A stretch of DNA of 64,000 bases from Curvularia clavata. Taxonomy: Eukaryota. The notes under the pieces are model-generated. The model was given only the letters and a program-made list of their open reading frames with translations. It had not been told where the DNA came from and ran no database searches. The position numbers were made by a program, and so were the translations under genes. Positions 1 through 10,838 of this stretch are shown piece after piece (positions within the stretch are counted from its first letter, which is position 1; each line of letters opens with the position of its first letter). The stretch covers positions 3,348,001-3,412,000 of the forward strand of contig CP089274.1 in the NCBI GenBank assembly GCA_023920165.1, read 5' to 3'.

Positions 1-398
1 CTAAGTGGCTTCTGGGCAACGTTCAATCGGTGGAACCCATTCTCAAGCTTCCCCAACCCGCCGACATTATCAGAGATTCAATCACGACTCGCTTACGTAT
101 CCAGTATTGATGCGCTGGAGCGAGCGAAGAACACGCCGGGATGCAGGTACATGCGGCCACCAATTGATCCGTACGGCACGCTTGACTTTGCGAAGTTTGA
201 CGAGATTTACGAAGTCGGGTATAAGTACGGTGAGTTCTCAGAAATCGGGCCGGGATAAAATTTTCGGTGCTAACAGTGTATGCAGGCAAAGAGTATTTAG
301 CGCAGCTGCGTGAGCAAGGAGTGCTTCCTGTGACTGAAGAGACGGAGAAGGAGAAGAATCTCCGTCGGACAATGGCACCACGACGGGCGAGCATTTAG
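1..398 (+). CDS. NTE1: Lysophospholipase NTE1 (patatin-like), 3' end only; intron 230-285
   Basis: Frame 1 reads [84 protein letters not shown]...GCTAAC...CAG intron follows, then [14 protein letters not shown]...[11 protein letters not shown]. This is the typical fungal NTE1 C-terminus and is absent from the ORF track. Confidence 0.9.
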
Positions 399-841
399 CG
401 GGCTTGCGCAATGCCCAGGCGCTGCGGAGTAAACGGGCGGCGGACTATGTGGATATCAAGTAATAGAAAGCACGGGACGCAGCATAGATTTGCCCAATGG
501 GTGCTAGGAATACGTGTGGATGCAAGGACAGTCGCCTTGGGGTCTAGTGGGTGCCTCCCCGCTAGCTCGACCGGGGCCAGTCGTGCGCTTATCGGGATGC
601 GACTGGGCGGATAATGACGGGTTATCTGGCGTGTGCTGATAGATAGTCGTCCATGGCGCGCTGGACCAAAGAAAAAAAAGTTTCAAGACGTTGCGAGCCC
701 TCTGTGTTTTCTTCCCTTCTGCTGCAGTAGCCTCTCCTTCTCGGCTGTGGTACGTCCAGGTCGTCCGCGTCCACCATCGACGTTGAGGGCAAATATTTCC
801 CCTCGCACCACTCACTTCTTTTATATCTACACACAGCAAAC

Positions 842-3800
842 ATGAGGACCGCATGTCTTCGGGCTGCTAGCAGTGCTAGCCGACTCACACGATCGTCGTG
901 TATAGCCCAGCTGTCTCGCCCACAACTCGCCGGCAGCTCATCACGAGTAGTCGCCTACCAAACTCACCAGTCGCTTCAGAAGCGCGCATTCCAGCATGCC
1001 ACAACCTCACAGGCAGCCGCTGCCGCTGCTGTCGAGGCCGCTGAGGATGTATTCGATACCCCGCCTCAGCAGACCGCTTCTGCTAAGCCGTTCGAGGCGC
1101 TCGATACCTTTCCCCGCCGACACATTGGCCCCTCTGCAGAGACAGCCGAAGCCATGCTCAAGGCCCTCGACCCCCCGGTGAGCAGTCTGGATGAGTTCGT
1201 CGAGCAAGTCATCCCCGCCGACATTCTGTCTGGCCGCGAGTTGAAGATTGGAAAACTTTCCCAGCATCAAGACAACCAATGGCAAAACAACGGCGTCCCC
1301 GAGTCGGTTTTCCTTAACAATGCGAAGCAAATCATGGATCAGAACAAGCCCGGCACAAGTCTTATCGGACAAGGATACTACGGCACCAAAGTGCCAGAGG
1401 TGATTAAGAGGAACGTTCTCGAGAATCCCGCATGGTACACGAGCTATACACCATACCAGCCTGAAATTAGCCAGGGACGTCTTGAGTCACTGCTGAACTT
1501 CCAGACCATGGTCTCAGATCTGACGGGCCTCAGCATTGCAAATGCGTCAGTCTTGGACGAGCCTACCGCCGCCGCCGAGGCCATGACTATGTCCATGGGT
1601 ATGATGCCGCTATCCAAGCAGAAAAACAAAAACAAGGTCTTCCTTGTTTCGGAAAAGTGCCACCCACAGACACTAGCTGTTCTGCAATCTCGTGCTGAAG
1701 GCTTTGGTATCAAGATCGAGGTTGCCGACGTGCTTAAGGACAACAGCAAGCGGGTGGAGGAGATTGGCCAAGACTTAGTGGGCGTATTGGCTCAGTACCC
1801 AGATACAGATGGAGGTGTTAACGACTTCCGCGGACTCTCGGAGAAGGTACACAAGACAGGTGCCCTCTTCAGTGTAGCCACTGATCTGCTCGCTCTTACT
1901 CTGCTCACTCCACCGGGAGAGTTCGGTGCCGACATAGCTTTCGGAAACGCACAGCGCTTTGGTGTCCCTCTGGGTTTCGGTGGACCACATGCTGCGTTTT
2001 TTGCCTGCGACGAGAAGTACAAGCGCAAGATTCCCGGCCGCTTGATCGGTCTTTCCAAGGACAGGCTCGGAAACCCGGCAGCACGTCTTGCACTGCAGAC
2101 TCGCGAGCAGCACATTCGCCGTGAGAAGGCAACTAGCAACATTTGCACGGCCCAGGCTCTTTTGGCAAACATGAGCGCTATGTACGGTGTTTACCACGGA
2201 CCTAATGGTCTGACTGCGATTGCGAAACAAGTCGTTGCCAAGGCCCGTCTTATCCAGCAAGCCATTGTAGATAACGGCTTCAAGACTGGCCAGCGCGGAA
2301 AGATGGACAACGCTCCTGTTCTGTTCGACACTTTTGTCGTAGAGACGGGAGACAAGACGGATGGAATCATCGCTGAGCTTGAGAAGAAGGAGCTTCTCGT
2401 ACGGAGGATTGATGACGCACACATTGGTATTTCGGTTGACGAGACCACCACCGCGCAGACTATTACCAACCTGCTCGGAGCATTCCGGAAATTTGGCAAA
2501 GGTGACCAGACATCATTCAGCGAGCCGGTTGACACTGAGCTTCCCGCACCCTTCAAGAGAACTAGTCCTTTCATGACTCACCCAGTTTTCAACTCGCACC
2601 ACTCCGAGACAGAGCTTCTTCGATACATCAACCACCTGGCTTCCAAGGATCTCTCATTGGTGCACTCTATGATTCCTCTTGGATCATGCACCATGAAGCT
2701 CAATGCCACCGCCGAGATGGCTCCCGTTTCATTTGACACTGTCTCCAACCTACACCCATTCCTGCCCCTGGAGCGCGCCAAAGGATACACTGAGATGATC
2801 AAGCAGTTGGAGGATGATCTGGCTGACATTACCGGTTTCCACTCTGTCTCTCTTCAACCCAATTCTGGAGCGCAGGGCGAGTTCACTGGTCTTCGCGTTA
2901 TTCGCAAGTACCTCGAGCAGCAGCCTGGCAAGAAGCGTGACATTTGTTTGATTCCCGTCTCTGCTCACGGTACTAACCCTGCCAGTGCCGCCATGTGTGG
3001 TATGCGCGTTGTGCCCGTCAAGTGCGACCAGGCGACTGGCAATCTTGACATGGCAGATCTCAAGGCCAAGTGCGAAAAGCACAGCGAAGAGCTCGGTGCC
3101 TTCATGGTTACATACCCCAGCACTTTTGGTGTATTCGAGCCCAACGTCAAGGAGGCTTGTGATCTTATCCATCAACATGGTGGTCAGGTCTACATGGACG
3201 GCGCCAACATGAACGCTCAGATTGGCCTCTGCTCGCCAGGTGAGATTGGTGCTGATGTGTGCCATCTCAATCTCCACAAGACTTTCTGTATTCCTCATGG
3301 TGGTGGCGGTCCAGGTGTTGGACCCATTGGTGTCAAGGAGCATCTTTCGCCTTTCCTTCCTGGTCACCTTCGCGGCGAGACTGGTGGTGAACAAGCTATT
3401 CACCCTGTCAGCGGTGCCCCCTGGGGTAGCGCCAGCATTCTTCCCATCAGCTGGGCCTATATCAAGATGATGGGCGCAGTCGGTTTGACCCAAGCTACTA
3501 AGATCACTCTCCTGAACGCAAACTACATCCTCTCCCGCCTCAAGCCCCACTACCCCATCCTCTACACCAACGACCAAGGCCGCTGCGCCCACGAGTTCAT
3601 CCTCGACGTACGCGGCTTCAAAGCCACCGCCGGCGTTGAAGCCATCGACATTGCCAAGCGCCTTCAAGACTATGGATTCCACGCCCCAACTATGAGCTGG
3701 CCAGTTGCTAACACGCTCATGATTGAGCCTACCGAGTCGGAAAGCAAAGCCGAGCTCGACCGCTTCTGCGACGCCCTCATCTCCATCCGCCAAGAAATCA

Positions 3801-4131
3801 AGGAGATCGAGGACGGCAAGCAGCCCCAGGAACGAAACGTGCTCAAGATGAGCCCGCACACCCAACAGGATCTTATCACCGCCGAGTGGGACAGGAGCTA
3901 TTCGCGTGAGAAGGCTGCGTACCCGCTGAGCTACCTCAAGGCGAAGAAGTTCTGGCCCTCGGTTGCTAGGTTAGACGATGGTATGTTTTTTTCCACCCAT
4001 TTCTATGAACAAGGACGTCAAGCTAACATGATCGAATAGCTTATGGTGACACGAACCTCTTCTGCACCTGTGCGCCTGTCGAGGGAGAGGAAAGCGACAT
4101 CACTGGTGCCGCTGCACCAAACCCTACCTAG
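842..4131 (+). CDS. GCV2: Glycine dehydrogenase (glycine cleavage P-protein), mitochondrial; intron 3981-4039
   Basis: Motifs YTSYTPYQPEISQGRLESLLNFQ, REQHIRREKATSNICTAQALLAN, PLGSCTMKLN and the PLP-lysine HLNLHKTF. Arg/Ser/Ala-rich presequence. The last exon YGDTNLFCTCAPVE...* follows a GTATGT...GCTAAC...TAG intron. Confidence 0.97.
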
Positions 4132-4985
4132 GCTCTCTTCCCTCTCATTCTTCCTGCAAACGCGGTGGCTCTTCCCACGGTTGCCCTTCTGAAGCCCCTT
4201 TTCGACCACGAATGACGAGTCCTTTTTCCTCCTCCGTGTACTCTTTTTTCAACAAACCACCACAGCGACTGGTGTTCTGGCGTCTTATACTCCCTCTTTT
4301 TGTCTTTTTTTTACCATAATTCCTATGACTCGGGGACTTTTCAACATGGTCCCTGGGAGGGCATAGGCTCTCAATGAGAGTAGAGGAGGGAAAGTCACAT
4401 TCCCTCTTTACTCTCATTCTGTATGCATTAGCGGCGTTATTCCTAAATTATGGTATTTCCATATACACATATGTGTCTTGAGATATGGACACAGACGAAG
4501 ACATAGTAGGCAGATTCAACGATGGAATTTGGAAGATTTTAGTTACTGAGGCTTTGATATGTGTGCATGACTGTGATGCTGAATTGGAGTGTTGGTAGCC
4601 TGGAGATACTATGAAATGTGATTTGAGCATGATACCTGATGTAAAAGGCGTACAGGTAATGAGTGCAGCAGCAAGTATGAGAGGCAGAAACATGCCAAAC
4701 CATCTTCGTCGCACTCACACGGACGGAGCAGAAATCAAAATGTTGATAAAAGTCGACGTAAGATTTCAGGTAGAGTAGAGAACAACAAGAAGGTCATGTA
4801 ACAGACATAAAAATCATACAAGAAGCCATCATCGTCAGCGTACGGGAAACTTTCCGTCCAAAGCAAACATAACAGAAGATGGAAAAAAATCCCCCATACC
4901 TCCCTACTCATACACGCAATTTTCCCAAAACGCCGCGCAAAATGCTCAACACATTGGTATCCAGATGTTTCCCTTCCCCTTCCCT

Positions 4986-6060
4986 CTAATTATACTGCCT
5001 ACTCTTCGCCGCCCACTCCTCCTCCTTTTCCTTCTTCGCCTTCTCTAGCCTCTTAATCTCCCTCGCCACGCCCCCGGAGGCCCTCCACCAAAGATCCGTT
5101 CCACTCCGAATCAGCCTCTCAGCCGCGCTCGTCGGCCCATCAACTGCGGGCCTGACATCGAGATAAAACACGGGTTCGCCCGTGGGCTCCGGCTGTCCCT
5201 CATAGTAATCAATCACGTAGCGGACCTCCTTGCACCCGCTCTCATTACACCGCTCGACGAACCAATCGTGGCGGTCAAATGGAGGCGCAGTACCGAACTT
5301 CTCTGGCATGACGTAGCCCAACCACTGCAGGATCTGTGATTTGGGCGTCGGCTCCGTCGGACGGCCTGTAAAGCGGAGGAGTTTGGGCGGAGGGATATCT
5401 TTTGCGTCCCAGGTTGTTGTGTCAAAGGGATCGTCGGCAGTACCGAGCATAAAGTTAGCGACTTCTTCGCCCTTCTTGCAGATTTGGTAGCCTTCGGCGA
5501 GGCCGCGCGAGAAACGGCGCTCCCAGCCCATGATTTCGGCCCATGCGCCTTCATTCAGAAAGTTGTGCACTCCAACCATGCTTTCGACGGCCGTGATGTC
5601 CGTGTCGGTGTAGCCTTTGCGCAGCATGGCGTTGTACATTTGCTGGGGGGAGGGGTACTCCCAGAGTGTGCCGTCGCCTTTGGGGATTGTAGAAGTTTCG
5701 CGCTCGAGAGGAAGGCTCTGTGCTTGTTTTTCGGCGCGCTCGTTGGAGAGATCCGCGAACATGTTGTTTAGAGGGTTGAGGCGGGAGAGGAGGCCGGTCT
5801 TGGGTGGTTCTGGTGCAGCACCAGTAGAGGTTTTCTCAGGTGGGACGTAAGGACAGGCGCTTTGGGAAGTCTTTTCAGCGACGACAGGTGGTGTGGCCTT
5901 CTTATGCATCGGGCATTCTGGCTGTATATATTGTTAGGGAGGCAGGCGCAGAGAGAATATTGATACATACAGGAGGCTCCATGTTGCCTCGCGGCATTGG
6001 GTGCGGAGCAACGCGCGCAGACGGCGCAGCGGGTGTAGTGTCTGCCCAAAACCAGCCCAT
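4986..6060 (-). CDS. CYC3: Cytochrome c heme lyase (holocytochrome c synthase); one intron ~5923-5970
   Basis: Starts MGWFWAD as in yeast Cyc3 and Neurospora cyt-2. Has CPM/CPY heme-regulatory motifs, [42 protein letters not shown] and LDVRPA. Confidence 0.93.
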
Positions 6061-6366
6061 TTTGATTTATGTAAAGAAGAAAAAAGTGTCTTCGAGGGGA
6101 AAACAGGGAAAAGTATACAGGGCTGAGAAGGATGGGATGAGTGGCGGAGATTATCGGGAGAAACAAATTCGTGCAGGGTTAGCAATCGTCATCGCTCTGG
6201 GTGTGTCATCCGTGCTCCGATTGGCTGCACACATGTGAATACAAACTAGTCCTATTTCCAAAAATTGATTTATTTGATGTATCTTCAGAAATGGCGTATG
6301 CGCTCGAGTGTTTGTTTCACTCTATCATGATCTAAAAATGCCTCAGCCTCCCGAGTCCTTGTTCTC

Positions 6367-7541
6367 CTATGGCGATGTCGCCTTTGCCAATTGCCCCGTG
6401 CCTCGAGAGCTGAAGATGGCCATAATACCAAAGCTACCATAGAAGAGGACCATTGGATATGCAACTAGTCCTCGCATTGAAGTCATGCGGCCTGGGAGGT
6501 CCATTAGCGTATGCTACTTGCGGACTTCAAAAGCAAACTTACCAACTACGGTGAACATTGAACTCGAACTGTAGGAGCACCATGTGATTGCCAGGCTTGT
6601 GAGAAGATATCCAAACAGTCCGTCAAGTGGGACGATGATTCCGAAGATGGCCACCAACACGAGGGGGAGCAGGCAGTAGCCTAGTACGGACGCAGATCGG
6701 GGAAATGTCAACGAGGAACCTAGGTGAGAGCCATGCGGGTGGCCGTGATCCCCAGATGTTGCCTCCACGGCGTTGATAGGCGGTGACATCAGAGAAAGAA
6801 TCTGGTGTAGTAGGATTGTGCCGACGAACGCCAATCCTGTGTACTGTCAGTTACTGTCCATTGACGAAGCATGCACACGCACCGTATATGTAACCAAAGT
6901 GGAGTTTTCCAGACAGCTGCCAGCAGTTAGTGCATAATCCCCTTATGGTTCTGTATTGCGCATACCAATAACGACGTGCCGAATATCAGGAAGAAGAGTA
7001 TAGGGCCGGCCACGTCGCTGTCATCCATAATGTGCTGATCGATGCGACCGAAGGGATTCAAGACGGCCAATGTCTATGCATTGTTAGTTGGCAATCACAT
7101 GCCACCATAACCTGCAACCCACCTTCATTTGTATGTGCTTGAAATTCACCCCCAGCTCTTCCACTAGACGTTGTTAGTTTGCGCGAATACTTAAGTGTTC
7201 GAAGTTGCGTACGTAGCGGTGGTTCTCCTTCATATCTGCTCAAGATCAGCGTTGTTCCATGCAGAAGTACGATTCACCTACCCCTCTGTGCCAAACGCAG
7301 CCAGCCAGCCTGTACGCAGGCCTGAGGTGCCCATGCCCATCTGTCCACTCACTCCTGGGGCCGAAAATCCGGCGCCATACTGGGTGGGGTATGCCTGGCT
7401 CGCCGGTGCGCCATAGTTTGCTTGGAATGGTGTAGAGTGTCCAGACACTGGTTGATTCGAGAAGGAGGACGAGTAGAATTGCAGGTTCTGTGCGTTTCCT
7501 CCGCCGTATTGGGGGGTTTGTCCATAGCCGTATTGTGCCAT
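6367..7541 (-). CDS. YIP1: Yip1-domain ER-Golgi transport protein, seven exons
   Basis: Spliced product includes [77 protein letters not shown] and MRGLVAYP. All introns are GT-AG with branch motifs. Confidence 0.93.
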
Positions 7542-8621
7542 TTCGCCAGATACCAGACACGAGTATGAGGTTGGAACGAGAAAAGGTGGTGAGAGGTGTC
7601 AATTGGTCAGGAAGACAATAAGGATGCCTGGCGGAGCTGTCGCGGATGTGTTCGTGGTTCAGGGTGTTATGTGGGGCGAGGGCCGACGTCACTGTGGACT
7701 ATGAAGCTGGAAAGACAGGGCGCATCGAAAGCAAAACTGTAGGAGGGCAACAGACTGGTTCGTCAGAAGGCTAGGAAGCAGCTGTTTTGTTCGCGATGTT
7801 GCGGCTCAGATGCGACACATGTCATCGTGTGCATCGGCACTTTCTCGTCTCGATTCGCCGACTTGGCTTAGTCACGCTTCACGGTAAGAATACGAGTCAT
7901 TACGTAGTTTCACGCTAGTTTACGCGTATAATACCCAAGATTTGAGTAAGAAATCTCGGAGGGAGATCACATGAAAAGCTTTTATGGGGGGTTCAATTGT
8001 TTTATTCTCAGGTAGTTGAGGGGGGTATGTCATATAGCTAAAGAGGAGAGTCATTATTCGTATCACACGCCAAGATTTCCACATCAACCACGAGCAGCGC
8101 CTGGCTGCAACCAGGGAGCGGAAATGGGCTCCCTTTACGTTCGGCAAAGGCTTCTTAGTACATTTCTACGGTCCTTCGCGAGGTGTAGTTACACCAGTCA
8201 CACTGGGAATGATTAGCCTATAAACAACATACTGCAGACCATTACACACCATGGTATCAGACGAGGCATCATTATCCTCTCGGCAATATTCGTTCTTACA
8301 CTTCTTACAGGTCCGAATAAACAGCTCTTTACAGCTTATGCACTGGAGGATGTTAGCTTGCAAATCAATGGGATCATAGAAATCTTACAGTATGGCCACA
8401 GCCGAAACAGTCACGTCGTACACCAATAACCTGTGATTCTTCGTGTTAGCCTGTTTCTTGCTTCGTGGTTGAGAACATACCTTGGCGCGCAAGTGGCAAT
8501 ATCCAGATGCAATTATTCAATAACCAGGCTCCACGGCCAGTCTAGAGAAGACTAGGTTCCGGAATCCAGCTACTTTGTAATGGCCTCAAGGCAATATCGC
8601 TCCTCGCGCGCCAAGGTTTTG

Positions 8622-9983
8622 TCATCCCCACATCCCGTTGCTGCCAGCGCCGGCCATCATTTCTGAAGGCAGACAATTTTCGACGCAGAGATCCATAAAT
8701 ACCTTGATCTTTTGTTTTGGGAGCATGCGAGTGGTCCCATCGGATTGCATGTTTTCTACGAGTTCAGTTTGTTGTAGCTCCGTACGTTGAACGGTACTTG
8801 GAACCACGTAACAATCCTCATCCCACCACTTGTGGCACCTCTCGCACCAGCGGCCTCGGAGGCAATCTTCGCATCGTACAATGAGAGGCGGGGGAGCGGA
8901 TCCGTCCACGGTATGCGGTAATTGAGCAGCGCGGATAGAGCTTCCGTGAAGTGGAACAGGGCTGAGCAAAGGATGATCAGATGGGCTAGAGCTTCCAAAC
9001 ACAGCTGGTCCTTCAGGAGAAGAATGGCAAGTCTCACATCCCGATGGTCCCAAAGCTACAGTAGCAATTGCAGGTCGAAGGAAGGCTGCCGGGTGCTGGG
9101 GTCCAGTGGCGGCGGGTTCCCTGATGTACGCTTTGCTTGGGTCGTGTCGTGGACCTCTGCAAAGAACAGCATCAAAAGCAATGATACCTGCGCATGCTTG
9201 AAGAATTTCTGCCCACTCTGGAGAAGGACGCTTTGATAAAATCTTTCCAGAAGATTTATACCATTTGTCCTCAGTCTGCGACAGTGCAGTGTCTAATGCA
9301 TGCTGCGATTTTTCGTTCCATTGCGCCCCAATCTGCGCTCCTCTTGACGACATGACCCCTCTGGAGACGGGGGATGGCTGTCTTTTCGTTGGAAGCGGCG
9401 CAGGACGCGGAGGAGGGTCGCGCGCTCCGAAGATGTAGATGCCCTTGACACGAGGAGTACCGGCGGGCCTCGACGGACGTACCGCATATCGGAGATATTG
9501 TTGGAGTTTGCGCTCATTTAGGTGCTTTACTTCGCGAATTGAGAGTAAGCGCACGTTGAACCGCTCTTCAGTGAGAAGATCCTTGACAAGCTCTGCTGTT
9601 ACGCTGAGTCCGTCGAGCACCAACGTATGAACATTTTGAAGGACACGGATCTTCTCGAGTCTGTTGAAGATGTTTCGTAGAGGACCACTGTAGAAGTCGT
9701 CTTCGGTGAGCGCTTCGTCCATTCGTTCAGCACGGAAGTTGACGCCGCCCACGTCAAGAGGGCCATCGAAGGGTACAATGGCGGACTTTACGGGGGAAAG
9801 ATCCAGGTAGCGGAACGCCTCGGGAGATTGAAAGATAACATGGTGGAGTGATTTGCAGGTCCGCGACAGGTTACGCAGAGCCGATACTGGAAGATATGGA
9901 GCGGTTTGGCGCAGAATTAAGGTATTAGAGAGAAGGTCCGCCAGGGAGGTAGGTAGTTGGTCACAGAAAGTAGCCGGGCCCAT
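8622..9983 (-). CDS. F-box-like protein with Cys-rich C-terminus (unspliced isoform; an alternative spliced end runs to 8155)
   Basis: Long ORF with likely ATG at 9983 (MGPATF). N-terminal LADLLSNTLILRQTAPYLPVSALRNLSRTCKSLH is F-box-like. CxxC pairs CETC, CEDC and CERC occur near the C-terminus. Confidence 0.7.
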   Translation of the reverse strand: MGPATFCDQLPTSLADLLSNTLILRQTAPYLPVSALRNLSRTCKSLHHVIFQSPEAFRYLDLSPVKSAIVPFDGPLDVGGVNFRAERMDEALTEDDFYSGPLRNIFNRLEKIRVLQNVHTLVLDGLSVTAELVKDLLTEERFNVRLLSIREVKHLNERKLQQYLRYAVRPSRPAGTPRVKGIYIFGARDPPPRPAPLPTKRQPSPVSRGVMSSRGAQIGAQWNEKSQHALDTALSQTEDKWYKSSGKILSKRPSPEWAEILQACAGIIAFDAVLCRGPRHDPSKAYIREPAATGPQHPAAFLRPAIATVALGPSGCETCHSSPEGPAVFGSSSPSDHPLLSPVPLHGSSIRAAQLPHTVDGSAPPPLIVRCEDCLRGRWCERCHKWWDEDCYVVPSTVQRTELQQTELVENMQSDGTTRMLPKQKIKVFMDLCVENCLPSEMMAGAGSNGMWG

Positions 9984-10838
9984 GACGAATGGTCGAGGGA
10001 ATCCAGAAAAGCAAGTTGGCCAAGTGGGCAGACGGGTACTCAGCGATTCTTTATTACAACGAGGGGAGAGTGCCCAGACGGGGCACGTGCCAGCGATCTG
10101 ACAATGCAGGTATGTGTTAGGTGAGCAAAAAGGACGACTAATGGATGTTGAGACAGTGCAGAGGTTGGGGTTGTGCTGGCGTGGGATGCGCGGCCCCTGC
10201 GGCGATCCCAAAGACAAGACCCTGCCAAGAGAGATAGCAGAGAGACAATTTGCCCATTTGTACAGGATGCTGCAAGATTAGGCGGTGATGGAGCAAGAGT
10301 TGGAACACAGTTTGCAGCCAAGGCCGCGGCCAAAGGCTTGGGTGTTTGATTTTGGAAACATTGGCAGGCCTCTGTTGCAACATTGCCTGGCGGGGGCGTG
10401 ATACAGCCAGGCGAAGCTATCTGCCCCGCCTTGGCCGGTTACGACAATGAATCGCCATATCGAAACATGAGCAAGTGTCCGGTGGGTACTGCGCGACCCC
10501 TCTCCGCTTATGCATGCCCAGGAGCCAGAGGCCGAAGATAGATGAAATGCTACATGAGCTCGACAGCCAGTTGAAACATGTCGCCTTGTCCTCTTCACCG
10601 GAAGCGGGCGTCGTCGCCACGCTCCACGCGTTACCCACGCGCGTGTCTTATCGATAAGCTCGCCTCGGCGGCCCGGGGCGTAGGGCAGGCAGGCAATGAC
10701 GCCACGCATTCACAGAAGCTTCGAGCAGAGCCGCATATGTCAGCCACTTTCAACTGCGACTCTGCTACCCTCCCATGTATCTAGCCCCAGGCGCAGTCTC
10801 CGCTGTTGGCAACTGCTCTTCGCGACTCTCACTCCGCC

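Noticed and set aside
2750..3865. Long antisense ORF (371 aa), and similar ones at 11408-12310, 13518-14201 and 48635-49219
   Set aside because: Shadow ORFs opposite strongly codon-biased genes; no recognisable protein features.
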